From contig OY761556.1 of assembly GCA_963664705.1 (NCBI GenBank), positions 3,584,001 through 3,648,000 on the forward strand: a stretch of DNA of 64,000 nt, given 5' to 3'. The stretch is from Acidobacteriota bacterium (GTDB lineage Bacteria; Acidobacteriota; UBA6911). Positions 1-10,098 of the stretch are shown in pieces. Below the pieces are notes generated by a model. It saw only the letters and a list, made by a program, of their open reading frames with translations. It made no database searches and had not been told where the DNA came from. The stretch's first letter is position 1. Every line of letters begins with the position of its first letter. The translations under genes were made by a program, and so were the position numbers.

Positions 1-2893
1 CGACCAGGGCCGCCATCGTTGTCATCATGATCGGACGAAATCGAACCAGGCATGCTTCATAGATCGCTTCCGCGGGAGAACAACCTCGTTGACGCTGGGC
101 TTCGATGGCAAAGTCGATCATCATAATTCCATTTTTCTTCACAATCCCCACCAGCATGATGATTCCGACAAACGAGTAGATATTCAGCTCTTGCCCAAAC
201 ACCAGCAGGGTTGCCAATGCCCCCAATCCGGCTGAAGGCAAGCCCGACAGGATCGTGATCGGGTGGATAAAGCTCTCATAAAGGATGCCCAAAACCATGT
301 AAATCACTAAAATTGCCAGTATCAGCAGCGTCCCCATGCCTTTTAACGAAGATGCATATGCTGCTGCCATGCCCTGGAACATCGTCGTCACACCATCGGG
401 AAGCGTTTCACGTGCGGTCTGCTCAATCGAATCGACCGCCTGACCAAGCGAGACTCCTGGCTGCAGGTTGAATGACACGGTGACCGCCGGGAATTGTCCA
501 TAATGGGCAACGCTCAGCGGGCCAACCCCTGTTTCCAGAGTAGCAATTTGATTCAACGGTACCAGCTTGCCGGCCCTGGATTTCACATAAAGCAAGCCCA
601 ACGCATTTGGGTCGCGCTGATACTGAGGCAGCACCTCCAGAATCACGTAGTAGTTGTCCGTCGAGGTGTAGATCATGGACACTTGCTTGGAGCCATATGC
701 GGAATACAGGGTGCTTTCAATCAAATCCGGAGCCACATTCAGAGACGCCGCCAAATCGCGGTTTATCTTTACCGTGATTTCCGGATTGTTGAGCTGGAGG
801 TCACTGGAAACATCGATCAACCCCGGGATGGAACGCATTCGTTTTTCAAAATCCGAGCCAACCCTGTAGAGTTGGTCAAGATCTGGGCTTTGAAGGGTGA
901 ACTGGTACAGGCTCCGGGTCATCATGCCGCCGATGCGGATCAGGGGCGGATTCTGCAAGTATGTCCTGATCGATGGAAGCGCGTTCAGTTTGGGGCGCAG
1001 GCTTTCAATAACCTGCTCCGGAGTTACGGATCGTTCGCTCTGAGGCTTGAGGCGCAACATGAAACGTCCCGCATTCCCCGCATTTGCATTCGACATGAAT
1101 GCATCCACGTACGGGCTGGAGCTGATTATTTTTGCGGCCTGCTGCTGAAGCTGAACCATCCCTTCATACGAAATATCCTGGGGGGCCTCGGTGTTGCCCT
1201 GCAACATCCCCTGATCCTGGCTGGGGACAAAACCCTTGGGCACGAACCCGTATAAATACATGGTTGCAAAAAGCGTCCCGACCGCGACCACCAGGGTGAT
1301 AAACCGATGCTTCAACACACCGCGAAGAGTCCAGCCGTAGCCATCGCGCATTGCCTGAAAACCGCGTTCCGTAACTCGATAGAAGGTGCTCTTGTTTTCC
1401 GACTCCGGCTTCAGGATTCGGCTCCCCATCATGGGAGTCAGGCTCAACGCCACCAGGCCCGAAATCAGGATCGCTACGATAATCACAACCGCGAACTCAT
1501 GGAAAAGCCTTCCCATGATTCCGCCCATGAATAAAACTGGGATAAAGACAGCAGCCAGCGAAATCGTCATCGAAAGGATGGTGAATCCGATTTCCTTCGC
1601 GCCATCGATAGCCGCTGTAAAGCGTTCTTTCCCCATCTCCATGTGGCGCACGATGTTTTCCAGCATGACGATCGCATCGTCCACGACAAAGGCAACAGAC
1701 AGGGTCAGCGCCATCAAAGACAAATTGTCCAGGGTGTAGCCGAGCAGGGACATTGCGGCGAATGTGCCAATGAGCGACATGGGCAATGCCAGGCTGGGGA
1801 TTATGGTAGCGGAGATATTGCGCAGGAAAAGAAAGATAACAAAGACGACAAGTATGACGGTTAAGAGAAGCGTGTATTTGACATCGTTGACCGAGTCGCG
1901 GATTGACAGAGAACGATCCAGCAGGATATCCATCTTTACCGAGGGTGGCACCAGCGAACGGAAGGTGGGAAGCAGACTTTTCACGGAGTCCACCACCGCA
2001 ACCGTATTGGTTCCCGGCTGTTTTTGAATACCCAGCATGATGGAGCGTGCCGCAGATCGGGAATCGCAGAACCAGGCTGCCGATTTGTCGTTTTGAACGC
2101 TGTCAATCACGCGTCCCAGGCTTTCCAGCCGGATTGGAGTGCCATTCCGATAGGCAACCGTCAGGGCGCGATACTGCTCCGCGCTGGTAAGCTGTCCCGT
2201 GGCCTGAACAGTGTAAGCCTGCCTCGGCCCCCATAAAGTACCACTGGGCAGATTGACGTTGTGCTGATTAATTGCAGCCTCGACTTCGCCCAGGGAAATA
2301 CCGCGAGCCGCCAGCAGATTCGGATCCACTTGAGCGCGTACCGCATATTTGGTCGCACCCCAGACATTGACCTGCGCAACGCCGGAAATCATGGAAATAC
2401 GCTGTGCAATCATATTTTCAGCGTAGTTGTCCAGCGTGGAAAGCGACATGGTCTCGGAATTCATGGAGACGACAAGGATCGGCTGATCCGCAGGATTCAC
2501 TTTCCGAAAGGTTGGCGGTGTCGGCATCCCGGGAGGCAACAGTCTTTGCGCCGTTGCAATGGCAATTTGAACATCCTGCGCTGCGGCATCCAGATCCCGA
2601 TCGAGCGAAAACTGCAAAGTGATTTGCGTGGATCCCAGTGAACTCGACGAAGTCATCGAATCGACGCCGGAAATGGTGGAGAACTGCCGCTCCAGCGGAG
2701 TCGCGACGGAAGCTGCCATCATCTCCGGGCTGGCACCCGGGAGCCCGGCATTGACCTGGATGGTCGGGAAATCCACATTGGGGAGGTCGCTGACAGGAAG
2801 AGTACGATATCCAACGACTCCAAAAATGATGATCCCCAACATTACCAGCGTCGTCATCACCGGGCGTCGAATGAAGAGTTCGGTAATATTCAT
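1..2893 (-). CDS. RND efflux permease, AcrB/MdtB/MdtC family (3' end beyond the window edge)
   Basis: Not in the ORF track. Manual translation from ATG 2893 gives MNITELFIRRPVMTTLVMLGIIIFGVVGYRTLPVSDLPNVDFPTIQV, and later GFVVDDAIVMLENI and GIVKKNGIMMIDFA (RND proton-relay motifs). Confidence 0.95.
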   Translation of the reverse strand, partial: MNITELFIRRPVMTTLVMLGIIIFGVVGYRTLPVSDLPNVDFPTIQVNAGLPGASPEMMAASVATPLERQFSTISGVDSMTSSSSLGSTQITLQFSLDRDLDAAAQDVQIAIATAQRLLPPGMPTPPTFRKVNPADQPILVVSMNSETMSLSTLDNYAENMIAQRISMISGVAQVNVWGATKYAVRAQVDPNLLAARGISLGEVEAAINQHNVNLPSGTLWGPRQAYTVQATGQLTSAEQYRALTVAYRNGTPIRLESLGRVIDSVQNDKSAAWFCDSRSAARSIMLGIQKQPGTNTVAVVDSVKSLLPTFRSLVPPSVKMDILLDRSLSIRDSVNDVKYTLLLTVILVVFVIFLFLRNISATIIPSLALPMSLIGTFAAMSLLGYTLDNLSLMALTLSVAFVVDDAIVMLENIVRHMEMGKERFTAAIDGAKEIGFTILSMTISLAAVFIPVLFMGGIMGRLFHEFAVVIIVAILISGLVALSLTPMMGSRILKPESENKSTFYRVTERGFQAMRDGYGWTLRGVLKHRFITLVVAVGTLFATMYLYGFVPKGFVPSQDQGMLQGNTEAPQDISYEGMVQLQQQAAKIISSSPYVDAFMSNANAGNAGRFMLRLKPQSERSVTPEQVIESLRPKLNALPSIRTYLQNPPLIRIGGMMTRSLYQFTLQSPDLDQLYRVGSDFEKRMRSIPGLIDVSSDLQLNNPEITVKINRDLAASLNVAPDLIESTLYSAYGSKQVSMIYTSTDNYYVILEVLPQYQRDPNALGLLYVKSRAGKLVPLNQIATLETGVGPLSVAHYGQFPAVTVSFNLQPGVSLGQAVDSIEQTARETLPDGVTTMFQGMAAAYASSLKGMGTLLILAILVIYMVLGILYESFIHPITILSGLPSAGLGALATLLVFGQELNIYSFVGIIMLVGIVKKNGIMMIDFAIEAQRQRGCSPAEAIYEACLVRFRPIMMTTMAALV

Positions 2894-3012
2894 AGACAAC
2901 CTTCCAGCAAATAAGCCTTCACAGGTCTAATACGCGGGGGAGTTCAAATCCTTTCATTTTTCCGGCGGCATTTTGGGGGACAGCCGAATGAGGCGGTTGG
3001 GAAGATCCCCAA

Positions 3013-3585
3013 TCAGGATTTCTGAAGCTCTTGCAACAAGCCGAGCCGAAGACTTTTCAGCCGGGGTTCGAATAGCTGCCGCAATTTTTTCAATTCCTCG
3101 GTCCAATAGAGATTTTCCGCCGGATTGCAGCGCACGGCCGTTCCCCCAATTCCCAGAGGCTTCAAAGCGGCCGCCTCAATTGCAGCCGACTGCTTCTCTT
3201 TCTCCTGACTCAATTCGCGAACAATCAGCCAGTAGTCCTCTGCAGCCTTCTCAATGTATGAGGCTTTCGGGGAAACCGCATGGCGCAATCCGATCAATGC
3301 TTTCTCCGCCGACCTCAAATCCCCTTCGAGCTGCAGCGTGCGACACAAGCCCGAGATCAGAGCGCGCCGGACAATCAGCCTCTGTTCCACAGGCAATTTT
3401 TCGATCTGCTCCGGTAATTCATCCTCGTTAACCAGGCCACTCAGATACCTGCCGGCAAGGGCCTCGCCAAGCGGGCCATATTGTTTCTCCTTTTGCGCCG
3501 CAATCTCCTCCGGAGTCAATTCAGGCATAGCAGATATCCGCTCCATCGCAAGCTCCAGAGCGCTTTTTACTCTTTCTTCTTCCAC
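3013..3585 (-). CDS. Helical hypothetical protein
   Basis: ORF 3013..3606. Likely GTG start at 3585 after GAAAGGGA; N-terminus KSALELAMERI; directly downstream of the MBL hydrolase gene. Confidence 0.7.
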   Translation of the reverse strand: MEEERVKSALELAMERISAMPELTPEEIAAQKEKQYGPLGEALAGRYLSGLVNEDELPEQIEKLPVEQRLIVRRALISGLCRTLQLEGDLRSAEKALIGLRHAVSPKASYIEKAAEDYWLIVRELSQEKEKQSAAIEAAALKPLGIGGTAVRCNPAENLYWTEELKKLRQLFEPRLKSLRLGLLQELQKS

Positions 3586-3602
3586 AACTGTCCCTTTCAG
3601 CT

Positions 3603-4274
3603 TCAATAAAGGATATTCCTGATGTATCCGAAATTATCCCGTACCGCTTCCTTACCCTGAATGATCCCTGGATGGCCATATGGATGTCCACACAGGAGGC
3701 AGTCCACATCCAGTTCTGCGAGCCTTTCAATAGTCCGCCCTAACATGCGCGAATCGCCTCCCGGCAAATCCGACCGGCCGGTGCTCCGATAGAATATGCA
3801 GTCTCCGGCGATCAGAGCGCGGTGCGCAGGCCAGTAAATGGTGATGTGTCCCGGCGTATGACCAGGGGAGTGGTAGATCTGCAATATCGTGGTCGGTTCC
3901 GCGCCAAGTTCGAGAGTGCCCTCGTCCAGAAAAACATCCACCTTACCCCCCATACCGGAATAGGCGGGAGCATCCGACTCATGCATCGCAACCATGGCTC
4001 CAAATTCGTTGCGGAGAATGATGGCGGATTCAGCATGATCGGGATGGCCATGGGTCAGGACAACCATTCCAATCAATGCCGTATCCAATCCATCCCGGCG
4101 CATCTCTTCGAGCAGTCTGTCCAACCCGGCTTCCCGGTAATAGGGTGTTACGAGATGACCGGGATCTACGACTACATGCTTCCCATCGTTGAGGACACCG
4201 GAAAGCACATAGGAGCTGCAGTTATTGTCATTCCCTTTCCAAGGGTACGCATAAAGACTATCGATCAGTTTCAT
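3603..4274 (-). CDS. MBL-fold metallo-hydrolase (glyoxalase II-like)
   Basis: THGHPDH motif, PGHTPGH, AGD and a C-terminal CGH; start taken at MKLIDS. Confidence 0.9.
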   Translation of the reverse strand: MKLIDSLYAYPWKGNDNNCSSYVLSGVLNDGKHVVVDPGHLVTPYYREAGLDRLLEEMRRDGLDTALIGMVVLTHGHPDHAESAIILRNEFGAMVAMHESDAPAYSGMGGKVDVFLDEGTLELGAEPTTILQIYHSPGHTPGHITIYWPAHRALIAGDCIFYRSTGRSDLPGGDSRMLGRTIERLAELDVDCLLCGHPYGHPGIIQGKEAVRDNFGYIRNILY

Positions 4275-4420
4275 ATCGAAGGATTCTACCCTTTCGCCGC
4301 ATGAAAAAGAACCACAACGCCGGATCGCCTGTTCTTGTACACATGGTATAAGCTCGGGGCACGAGCGGATCAAAATCCAGGAGTGTTTCTCAGGAGTATG
4401 TCCTGGGCGAGGAGCCTGTT

Positions 4421-5467
4421 CTAGAACTGCCCGGGACTGCGATCGTAGAACAAGGTCTGTTTTTTCTGGAGCTGTCTATAAATGATTCGGAGTGTCGCCA
4501 ATATGGGAACAGACAGGAATGCACCGGCAATTCCGGCGATCTGGCTCCCGGCAAGAACACCGAAGATGACCGCAAGGGGATGCAGCGCCGTACCGGAACT
4601 CATCAGCAGCGGGGATAGCACATAATCCTGGAACAAACGGAATCCAGCCAGAAACAGGATGATCCAAATAATGTGACCGAAGCCGCTCAATCCTGCCACA
4701 AGCAAAATAATGACAGCGGATGTTAGCGGCCCCACCAAAGGAACAAACTCAAAAAAGAAGGCAATGGCGCCAAGCAGCAACCCATACGGAAGCCCTATGA
4801 TGCTGAAGAAAGTTGCATAAGTTACGGATGTGGCCAGGCCAAGCAGGACAAGAGCGCGCATGTACTGGGCAAAAAGCAGATGAAGGTCGTCCGTGATTTC
4901 CCGAAACATCTCGCGGCTGGGACCTTCACTAATGCCATTCAGTGTCGATGTGATCAGATTCCTTCCGTCCTTCAGAAAGAAAAAGCTCAGGATAGGAACA
5001 AGCACAATGAACAACAATATCTCCGCATGCGAGACAACACTCATGACCGCATTAGTGATCGGCAGGATCAATTCGCGGGAATGCGAAGCCAGTTGCTGCT
5101 GAATCTCGCCGACAATCTTTTTCCCAATCCCGGCACCAGTGACCGGCTGTTCCAGCTTGGATATCAATTCCGGAAATCTCACCGCGAGAGCATTCGCCTG
5201 TATCGCGATGCGCGAACCTACCTCTACTCCAATAACGACAAGAATTCCTATCAGCGCCAGATAGACAATGGTCAGCGAAGGGAGTTTGGATCTTCCCGGG
5301 AGTCGCTGATCGAGGAAGTTCACCAGCGGCCAGAGGAAATAGGCGAAAAGCAGGGCGACAATGAAGATGAACAGCGTCTGCCCGATCAGATATACAATCG
5401 CTGCCAATAGTAGAATCAGCAGAACAGTCCATGTATATCGTGCAACCCGCGCATCAATTCCAAGCAT
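4421..5467 (-). CDS. AI-2E family transporter
   Basis: Multi-TM protein with FVPLVGP and LHPLAVIFGVLAG...GAFLSVP signatures. Confidence 0.9.
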   Translation of the reverse strand: MLGIDARVARYTWTVLLILLLAAIVYLIGQTLFIFIVALLFAYFLWPLVNFLDQRLPGRSKLPSLTIVYLALIGILVVIGVEVGSRIAIQANALAVRFPELISKLEQPVTGAGIGKKIVGEIQQQLASHSRELILPITNAVMSVVSHAEILLFIVLVPILSFFFLKDGRNLITSTLNGISEGPSREMFREITDDLHLLFAQYMRALVLLGLATSVTYATFFSIIGLPYGLLLGAIAFFFEFVPLVGPLTSAVIILLVAGLSGFGHIIWIILFLAGFRLFQDYVLSPLLMSSGTALHPLAVIFGVLAGSQIAGIAGAFLSVPILATLRIIYRQLQKKQTLFYDRSPGQF

Positions 5468-5646
5468 ATTTCGATCATAGCAACTGATTTGTTCCGGCGC
5501 AACAAATGCCGCTATCCGAATCAGGCTGAATTGCATGTTCCTGCCGCTCCCCCGGCGCTTGATGGCATCCATTCCCGGCCAAACGCCGCAGTTTCAAAGC
5601 GTAGTTTGAAAGGATACAATACTCTCGAGAAAGAAATCCTGGAGCC

Positions 5647-6558
5647 ATGAAACACAGCCTTTCCTCGGCAATTTATATTCTTCTGATCCTGGCAGGGCCG
5701 CGCATTGCTCCGTCACAACAGAAGGAACAGGAAACATTCAGATTTGCCGTCCGAAGCCAGCTCGTCGAGGTTTTTCTTACGGTGTCCCAGGAAAATCAGC
5801 TGATCCCAAATCTTGGAAAAACGGATTTCAACCTTTTGGAAGACGGAATGCCTGCGGCGGTAGACCGGGTGGACAGCCAGGAAGTCCCCTTGCAGGTTGT
5901 GCTTCTCGTCGACTTGAGCGAAAGCATTCGCCCTTCCCTGCGTACTGTTCAGGAGGCGGCGATTACCTTCCTCGACAGCCTGAAGCCTGCGGATCGCGTC
6001 CTGCTGATCCTCTTCAACTCGGAACTGCAAACCTTTGAGCAGAACACCGACAGCCGGAAAGCCCTCATCGGAGAAATCGAGCACTCCAGAGCACATGGCA
6101 TGACGCGGCTTTACGATGCCATGATCGCGGGCATGAAATACCTGGAGGGGAAACCCGGCCGAAAGGCCATCGTCTGCTTTACCGATGGCCAGGATACGGC
6201 AGGGACTCTGTCCGGCACGGCGGCCCTCAACGCCGCAGCGCGCTTTGGCTACCCGATTTACATGATTGGATCCGGCGCGGGACTCGAACTGGACAGCCTG
6301 AAGCTGCTTCTCAGGCAATTCGCCGAAGTCAACAGCGGCCGGGCCTATTTCATTCAAAACATCAATAAACTGCGGGAAGCATTCAACAAGGTATCCGAGG
6401 AGCTTCGCGCGGCCTATGTGCTCAATTACTACACGAATGTTGCCCAGGATGGCCGTTGGCATAATTTGAGCGTTACGACCGTCGATCCATCTTTTACAGT
6501 CCATGGCCGGAAGGGATTTTTTGCTCGTCGAACGGAGGAAGGAGCCAGCAAACCCTGA
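5647..6558 (+). CDS. Secreted VWA-domain protein (acidobacterial VWFA-related type)
   Basis: Signal peptide, MIDAS DLSES...T...TDGQD, GRKAIV, and C-terminal Y-x-L-x-Y...DGRWH...RKGFFA. Confidence 0.88.
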   Translation: MKHSLSSAIYILLILAGPRIAPSQQKEQETFRFAVRSQLVEVFLTVSQENQLIPNLGKTDFNLLEDGMPAAVDRVDSQEVPLQVVLLVDLSESIRPSLRTVQEAAITFLDSLKPADRVLLILFNSELQTFEQNTDSRKALIGEIEHSRAHGMTRLYDAMIAGMKYLEGKPGRKAIVCFTDGQDTAGTLSGTAALNAAARFGYPIYMIGSGAGLELDSLKLLLRQFAEVNSGRAYFIQNINKLREAFNKVSEELRAAYVLNYYTNVAQDGRWHNLSVTTVDPSFTVHGRKGFFARRTEEGASKP

Positions 6559-6599
6559 AACAATACGCCAAAGGATTGCACCGGGAGCGCCTTCTTACC

Positions 6600-6711
6600 T
6601 AATGCTGCATATATTTGCCCAGAGAACTTGGAAGTGCAATGCATATCGGCCCCGGAGGGCCTGGGGACTCAATCGCGTCGCAGGGCTCGGAACAAATAAT
6701 ACGCGGCATTA
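6600..6711. mobile_element. MITE-like non-autonomous element, copy 1
   Basis: Terminal inverted repeats TAATGCTGCATATATTTG / CAAATAATACGCGGCATTA; homologous to 49241..49344. Confidence 0.7.
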
Positions 6712-6726
6712 GGCGCCTCAACCGCA

Positions 6727-7242
6727 TCAGCGTCGTGGAAGTATCCGCGCGCTTGCCGCCGGGACAGCGGTGCTCGCCAGTTCCGCCTGAGCCTTTTTCA
6801 GCCGTCTTCGCAATTGGGCGGTGTGCTCCTGATGGCACCAGAGGCAGAGCGTTCTCAGGTTTGAAAGGTCACATTCGCCGCCGCCTTCAGCGACTGGAAC
6901 GATATGGTCTGCATCCCAAAAGCTTCTTCGTTTCCCATGCAAATCAAGCTGGCTCGAAAGTGCCTTCCTCTTGCGAGACGGGATCATCTGCAATCTGCGG
7001 TAGAATTCGATCGTATCCAATCCACATATCGCGCAGATTCCGTGATCTCGACCGAGCACCTGCCGGCGCAGATAGCCTGGATCCGTTCTCAATCGCCATT
7101 GGTGTACGCATTGCTCATCGCAGAATGTCCGCCGGCCGGCTGGAACCTCGTGGCCACACCAACGGCAGATCCCCCGGCCGTTAGGTCCGCGCTTTACGGT
7201 CTTTCGGATCCAGCCCCCGGCTTTCTTCCTGTTTACGCTCAT
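6727..7242 (-). CDS. HNH endonuclease with N-terminal Zn finger (ZRANB3 C-terminal-like)
   Basis: CRWC..FCDEQC, CAIC and WDADHIVPVAEGGGECDLSNLRTLCLWCH; ATG overlaps the upstream stop (TAATG). Confidence 0.88.
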   Translation of the reverse strand: MSVNRKKAGGWIRKTVKRGPNGRGICRWCGHEVPAGRRTFCDEQCVHQWRLRTDPGYLRRQVLGRDHGICAICGLDTIEFYRRLQMIPSRKRKALSSQLDLHGKRRSFWDADHIVPVAEGGGECDLSNLRTLCLWCHQEHTAQLRRRLKKAQAELASTAVPAASARILPRR

Positions 7243-7682
7243 TATTTCTGCGGAAGATCCTTCCGGATATAACTGCCTCCGGGTCCCGTGGTGAAGTGAA
7301 AAATAGGCCGATCCACTCTTTTGATCTTCAGAGGGCAATGCACCATTCCCTTTGGAACGAAGGCAATGAAGCTGTTGGTGATGGTGTGCTTTTCACCATC
7401 CAGCCATAATTCGATTTCTCCTCCGAGGTCGCGCTGATCGTCAGGATTGGTTCCAAAAAAGCCGATCACCTCATCAAAATCGTGGACATGCGCTTCAACG
7501 CGGGTGGCCTCAGAACCCTCCTGAAACCACAGGCATTCGCAATAGAAAGCTCCCGGGATAACGGACTTATCAAGCCAGGCGATGTGATTGGCCTTCCCCG
7601 GATACGCAGCATCGCTCTTCTGCTTGAATTCCGGAAGGTTCATTTCCGTGATGATATATTGACTGGTTTTGCTTTCAGGCAT
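7242..7682 (-). CDS. Cupin-fold hypothetical protein
   Basis: HVHDFDE and VPKGMVHCP cupin metal-binding motifs. Confidence 0.75.
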   Translation of the reverse strand: MPESKTSQYIITEMNLPEFKQKSDAAYPGKANHIAWLDKSVIPGAFYCECLWFQEGSEATRVEAHVHDFDEVIGFFGTNPDDQRDLGGEIELWLDGEKHTITNSFIAFVPKGMVHCPLKIKRVDRPIFHFTTGPGGSYIRKDLPQK

Positions 7683-7862
7683 GGCACCCCCTTTGGATCT
7701 ATATACAGGGCGAGTGTACCATGGAAATATGGCACGAGAAGCGGATTCGGGAACCGGCGGGTTTGCGGGAACTATTCGGCCATGATCTTCGTTATCTGGA
7801 ATGAATGGTTCTGTATCCGGAATGTCCTATCCTGTATCCTGTACCAAAGCCGAGGAGCTGAT

Positions 7863-9698
7863 ATGGAAGACATCTTTGTGAAAGAGCGGGAGCGAGCCCG
7901 TATTCCGGATAAATACAAGTGGGATTTGACAGAAATCTTCGCGGATGATGAAGCATGGATCGCAGCAAAGCAAAAACTCGTCGTCTCTTTTCCCTCCATC
8001 TCACCATTCCAGGGAAAGCTTTCGGAATCTCCGGCAAAGATGCTGGAATGCCTGGAGTTGGTAAACCACATCCATAAGGAGTGCACAAGACTGTCCTGCT
8101 ATGCCAGCATGAAATCGGATCTGGACACGCGGGATGCCGGATATCTTGCGATGGACCAGGAAATGGGGCAGATCGCGTCCGACATTTCGGCATTGGATTC
8201 CTTTATCGATCCGGAAATCCTGAGAATGGGCGGGAAGGCGATTGAGGAATTTATTCATCAGGAGCCGCGATTGGCCGTATACCGGCATGTTTTCGACGAC
8301 ATCCTGCGGAAAAAGGACCACACGCGAAGTGAAGGCGAGGAGAAGATTATCGCGGAAGCCGGCCTGATGGCAGATTCGCCCGCAAGCATCAATAATGTTT
8401 TCACCAACGCAGACTTCCCCTATCCGGAGGTGGAGCTGGATGGAGCTTCCGTCCGCCTGGATCCGGCATCGTTCAGCCTCCACCGACGCTCGCCGGTCCG
8501 CGAAAACCGGAAAATAGTATTCTCCGCATATCTGGGAAAATTGAACGATTATAGAAGAACGATCGGGGCACAGTTAGCGGCGGAAGTGCGCAAGAACATG
8601 TTTTTCAGTCGATCCCGCGCCTATGGCTCCAGCCTGGAACGATCTTTGGACAGTCACAACATCCCCGTATCCGTTTATAGAAGCCTCATCGCGGGGGCTC
8701 ACGCACATATCGATACACTGCACCGGTATTTGAAGCTCCGCGGGAGCTTGCTCGGCCTGGATGAATTGCATTATTACGATCTATATGCGCCGATCGTGAA
8801 AGAACTCGAACTCAACTATTCCTTCGATGAAGCTGTTGACCATGTATTGGCTTCGCTGGAGCCTCTCGGTCAGGAATACATAAAAATAGCCCGTGAAGCC
8901 CTTTCAAACCGCTGGATTGACGTATACCACAACCATGGGAAGCGATCAGGCGCTTACTCCAATGGATCCGTCTATGATGTCCACCCGTACATGCTTCTGA
9001 ATTACAACGGGAAATATGATGATGTGAGCACTTTGACCCATGAACTGGGACATACAATGCATAGCTACCTCACAAACGAGGCGCAGCCTTATGCGCTCTC
9101 GCACTATTCCATTTTTGTTGCAGAGGTTGCATCCACCTTCAACGAAGCGCTGCTCCTGGATCACATGCTGAAGCTCGAAACCCGGGATGAAGTGCGGCTG
9201 TCCCTGCTGGGCAATTATCTCGACAACGCACGCGCCACGGTGTTCCGACAGGTGCAGTTTGCGGAGTTTGAGCTCAAAATGCATGAAACTGCAGAACAGG
9301 GAACCGCGCTGACAGGAGACCTTCTGAATTCGATTTACGAATCTATCGCCCGCGAATATTACGGTCACGACAAAGGGGTTTGTGTCATTGACGATGAAAT
9401 CAAGGCGGAATGGGCCTATATCCCTCATTTCTTCTACAATTTTTATGTTTATCAATATGCGACCTCATTCACGGCATCCGCGGCTATTTTGGAAAGGGTG
9501 CTGGCGGGAGAGGAAGGCGCGGTATCGCGCTATATCGATCTTCTCTCATCAGGCGCCTCGGACTATCCGATAGAGCTATTGAAGAAGGTGGGAGTGGATA
9601 TGACCACGCCTAAACCGCTGGAGGCAGCCATAGCTCAGATGAACCGGGCGATGGATGAAATTGAGAAAATTGCTTCGCGCCTGCATCTGCTGCATTAA
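7863..9698 (+). CDS. pepF: Oligoendopeptidase F (M3B)
   Basis: KYKWDL, GKRSGAYS, HELGHTMH, AEVASTFNE, WAYIPHF and YVYQYAT; GAGGAG RBS before ATG 7863. Confidence 0.95.
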   Translation: MEDIFVKERERARIPDKYKWDLTEIFADDEAWIAAKQKLVVSFPSISPFQGKLSESPAKMLECLELVNHIHKECTRLSCYASMKSDLDTRDAGYLAMDQEMGQIASDISALDSFIDPEILRMGGKAIEEFIHQEPRLAVYRHVFDDILRKKDHTRSEGEEKIIAEAGLMADSPASINNVFTNADFPYPEVELDGASVRLDPASFSLHRRSPVRENRKIVFSAYLGKLNDYRRTIGAQLAAEVRKNMFFSRSRAYGSSLERSLDSHNIPVSVYRSLIAGAHAHIDTLHRYLKLRGSLLGLDELHYYDLYAPIVKELELNYSFDEAVDHVLASLEPLGQEYIKIAREALSNRWIDVYHNHGKRSGAYSNGSVYDVHPYMLLNYNGKYDDVSTLTHELGHTMHSYLTNEAQPYALSHYSIFVAEVASTFNEALLLDHMLKLETRDEVRLSLLGNYLDNARATVFRQVQFAEFELKMHETAEQGTALTGDLLNSIYESIAREYYGHDKGVCVIDDEIKAEWAYIPHFFYNFYVYQYATSFTASAAILERVLAGEEGAVSRYIDLLSSGASDYPIELLKKVGVDMTTPKPLEAAIAQMNRAMDEIEKIASRLHLLH

Positions 9699-9746
9699 TC
9701 CATTCAGCATTCCCGTGCAGGCCAAAAGGAAACTGCGGTACTGAAT

Positions 9747-10022
9747 ATGTTGAGATATGCCCGACGAATCGCAATACTCATCATCGGAATGACAGTGCTG
9801 TTGATTGGTGTCGCGATGATCGTTCTGCCGGGGCCTGCCCTGGTTGTCATTCCTGTGGGGCTGGCCATACTGGCAACAGAGTATGCATGGGCCCGTCGAT
9901 GGCTGAATATCGTGAAAGAATCCGCGGAAAAAGGAGCGGAAAAATTGAACCTCCGCTCCTTTTTCTCACGAAAAAAAAGCTCGACCAGTGCGCCTGACGG
10001 AACAGGCGCAGAAAATTCCTGA
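9747..10022 (+). CDS. PGPGW-family small membrane protein
   Basis: VLPGPALVVIPVGLAILATEYAWA signature. Confidence 0.85.
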   Translation: MLRYARRIAILIIGMTVLLIGVAMIVLPGPALVVIPVGLAILATEYAWARRWLNIVKESAEKGAEKLNLRSFFSRKKSSTSAPDGTGAENS

Positions 10023-10098
10023 TTGGCAGCGCATTCCATCAAAGCACAGTTCTGTTCCGGAAACACAACCCCGTGGTTCCTGATTTAGGGAGGCTAGC

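Noticed and set aside
494-2930. Many + strand ORFs (e.g. 494..1255) over the left end
   Set aside because: They are antisense shadows of the minus-strand RND permease, which the ORF track misses because it runs off the window edge
7728-7745. Sigma-54 promoter (TGGCACG) before pepF
   Set aside because: There is no TTGC at the required -12 spacing (the sequence reads TGGCACGAGAAGCGG)
7482-7862. Long N-terminal extensions in the ORF track (pepF; likewise hypB, the 46477 lipoprotein, the wHTH regulator and GDPD)
   Set aside because: They overlap neighbouring genes, and downstream ATGs match the family N-termini, several with a clear RBS
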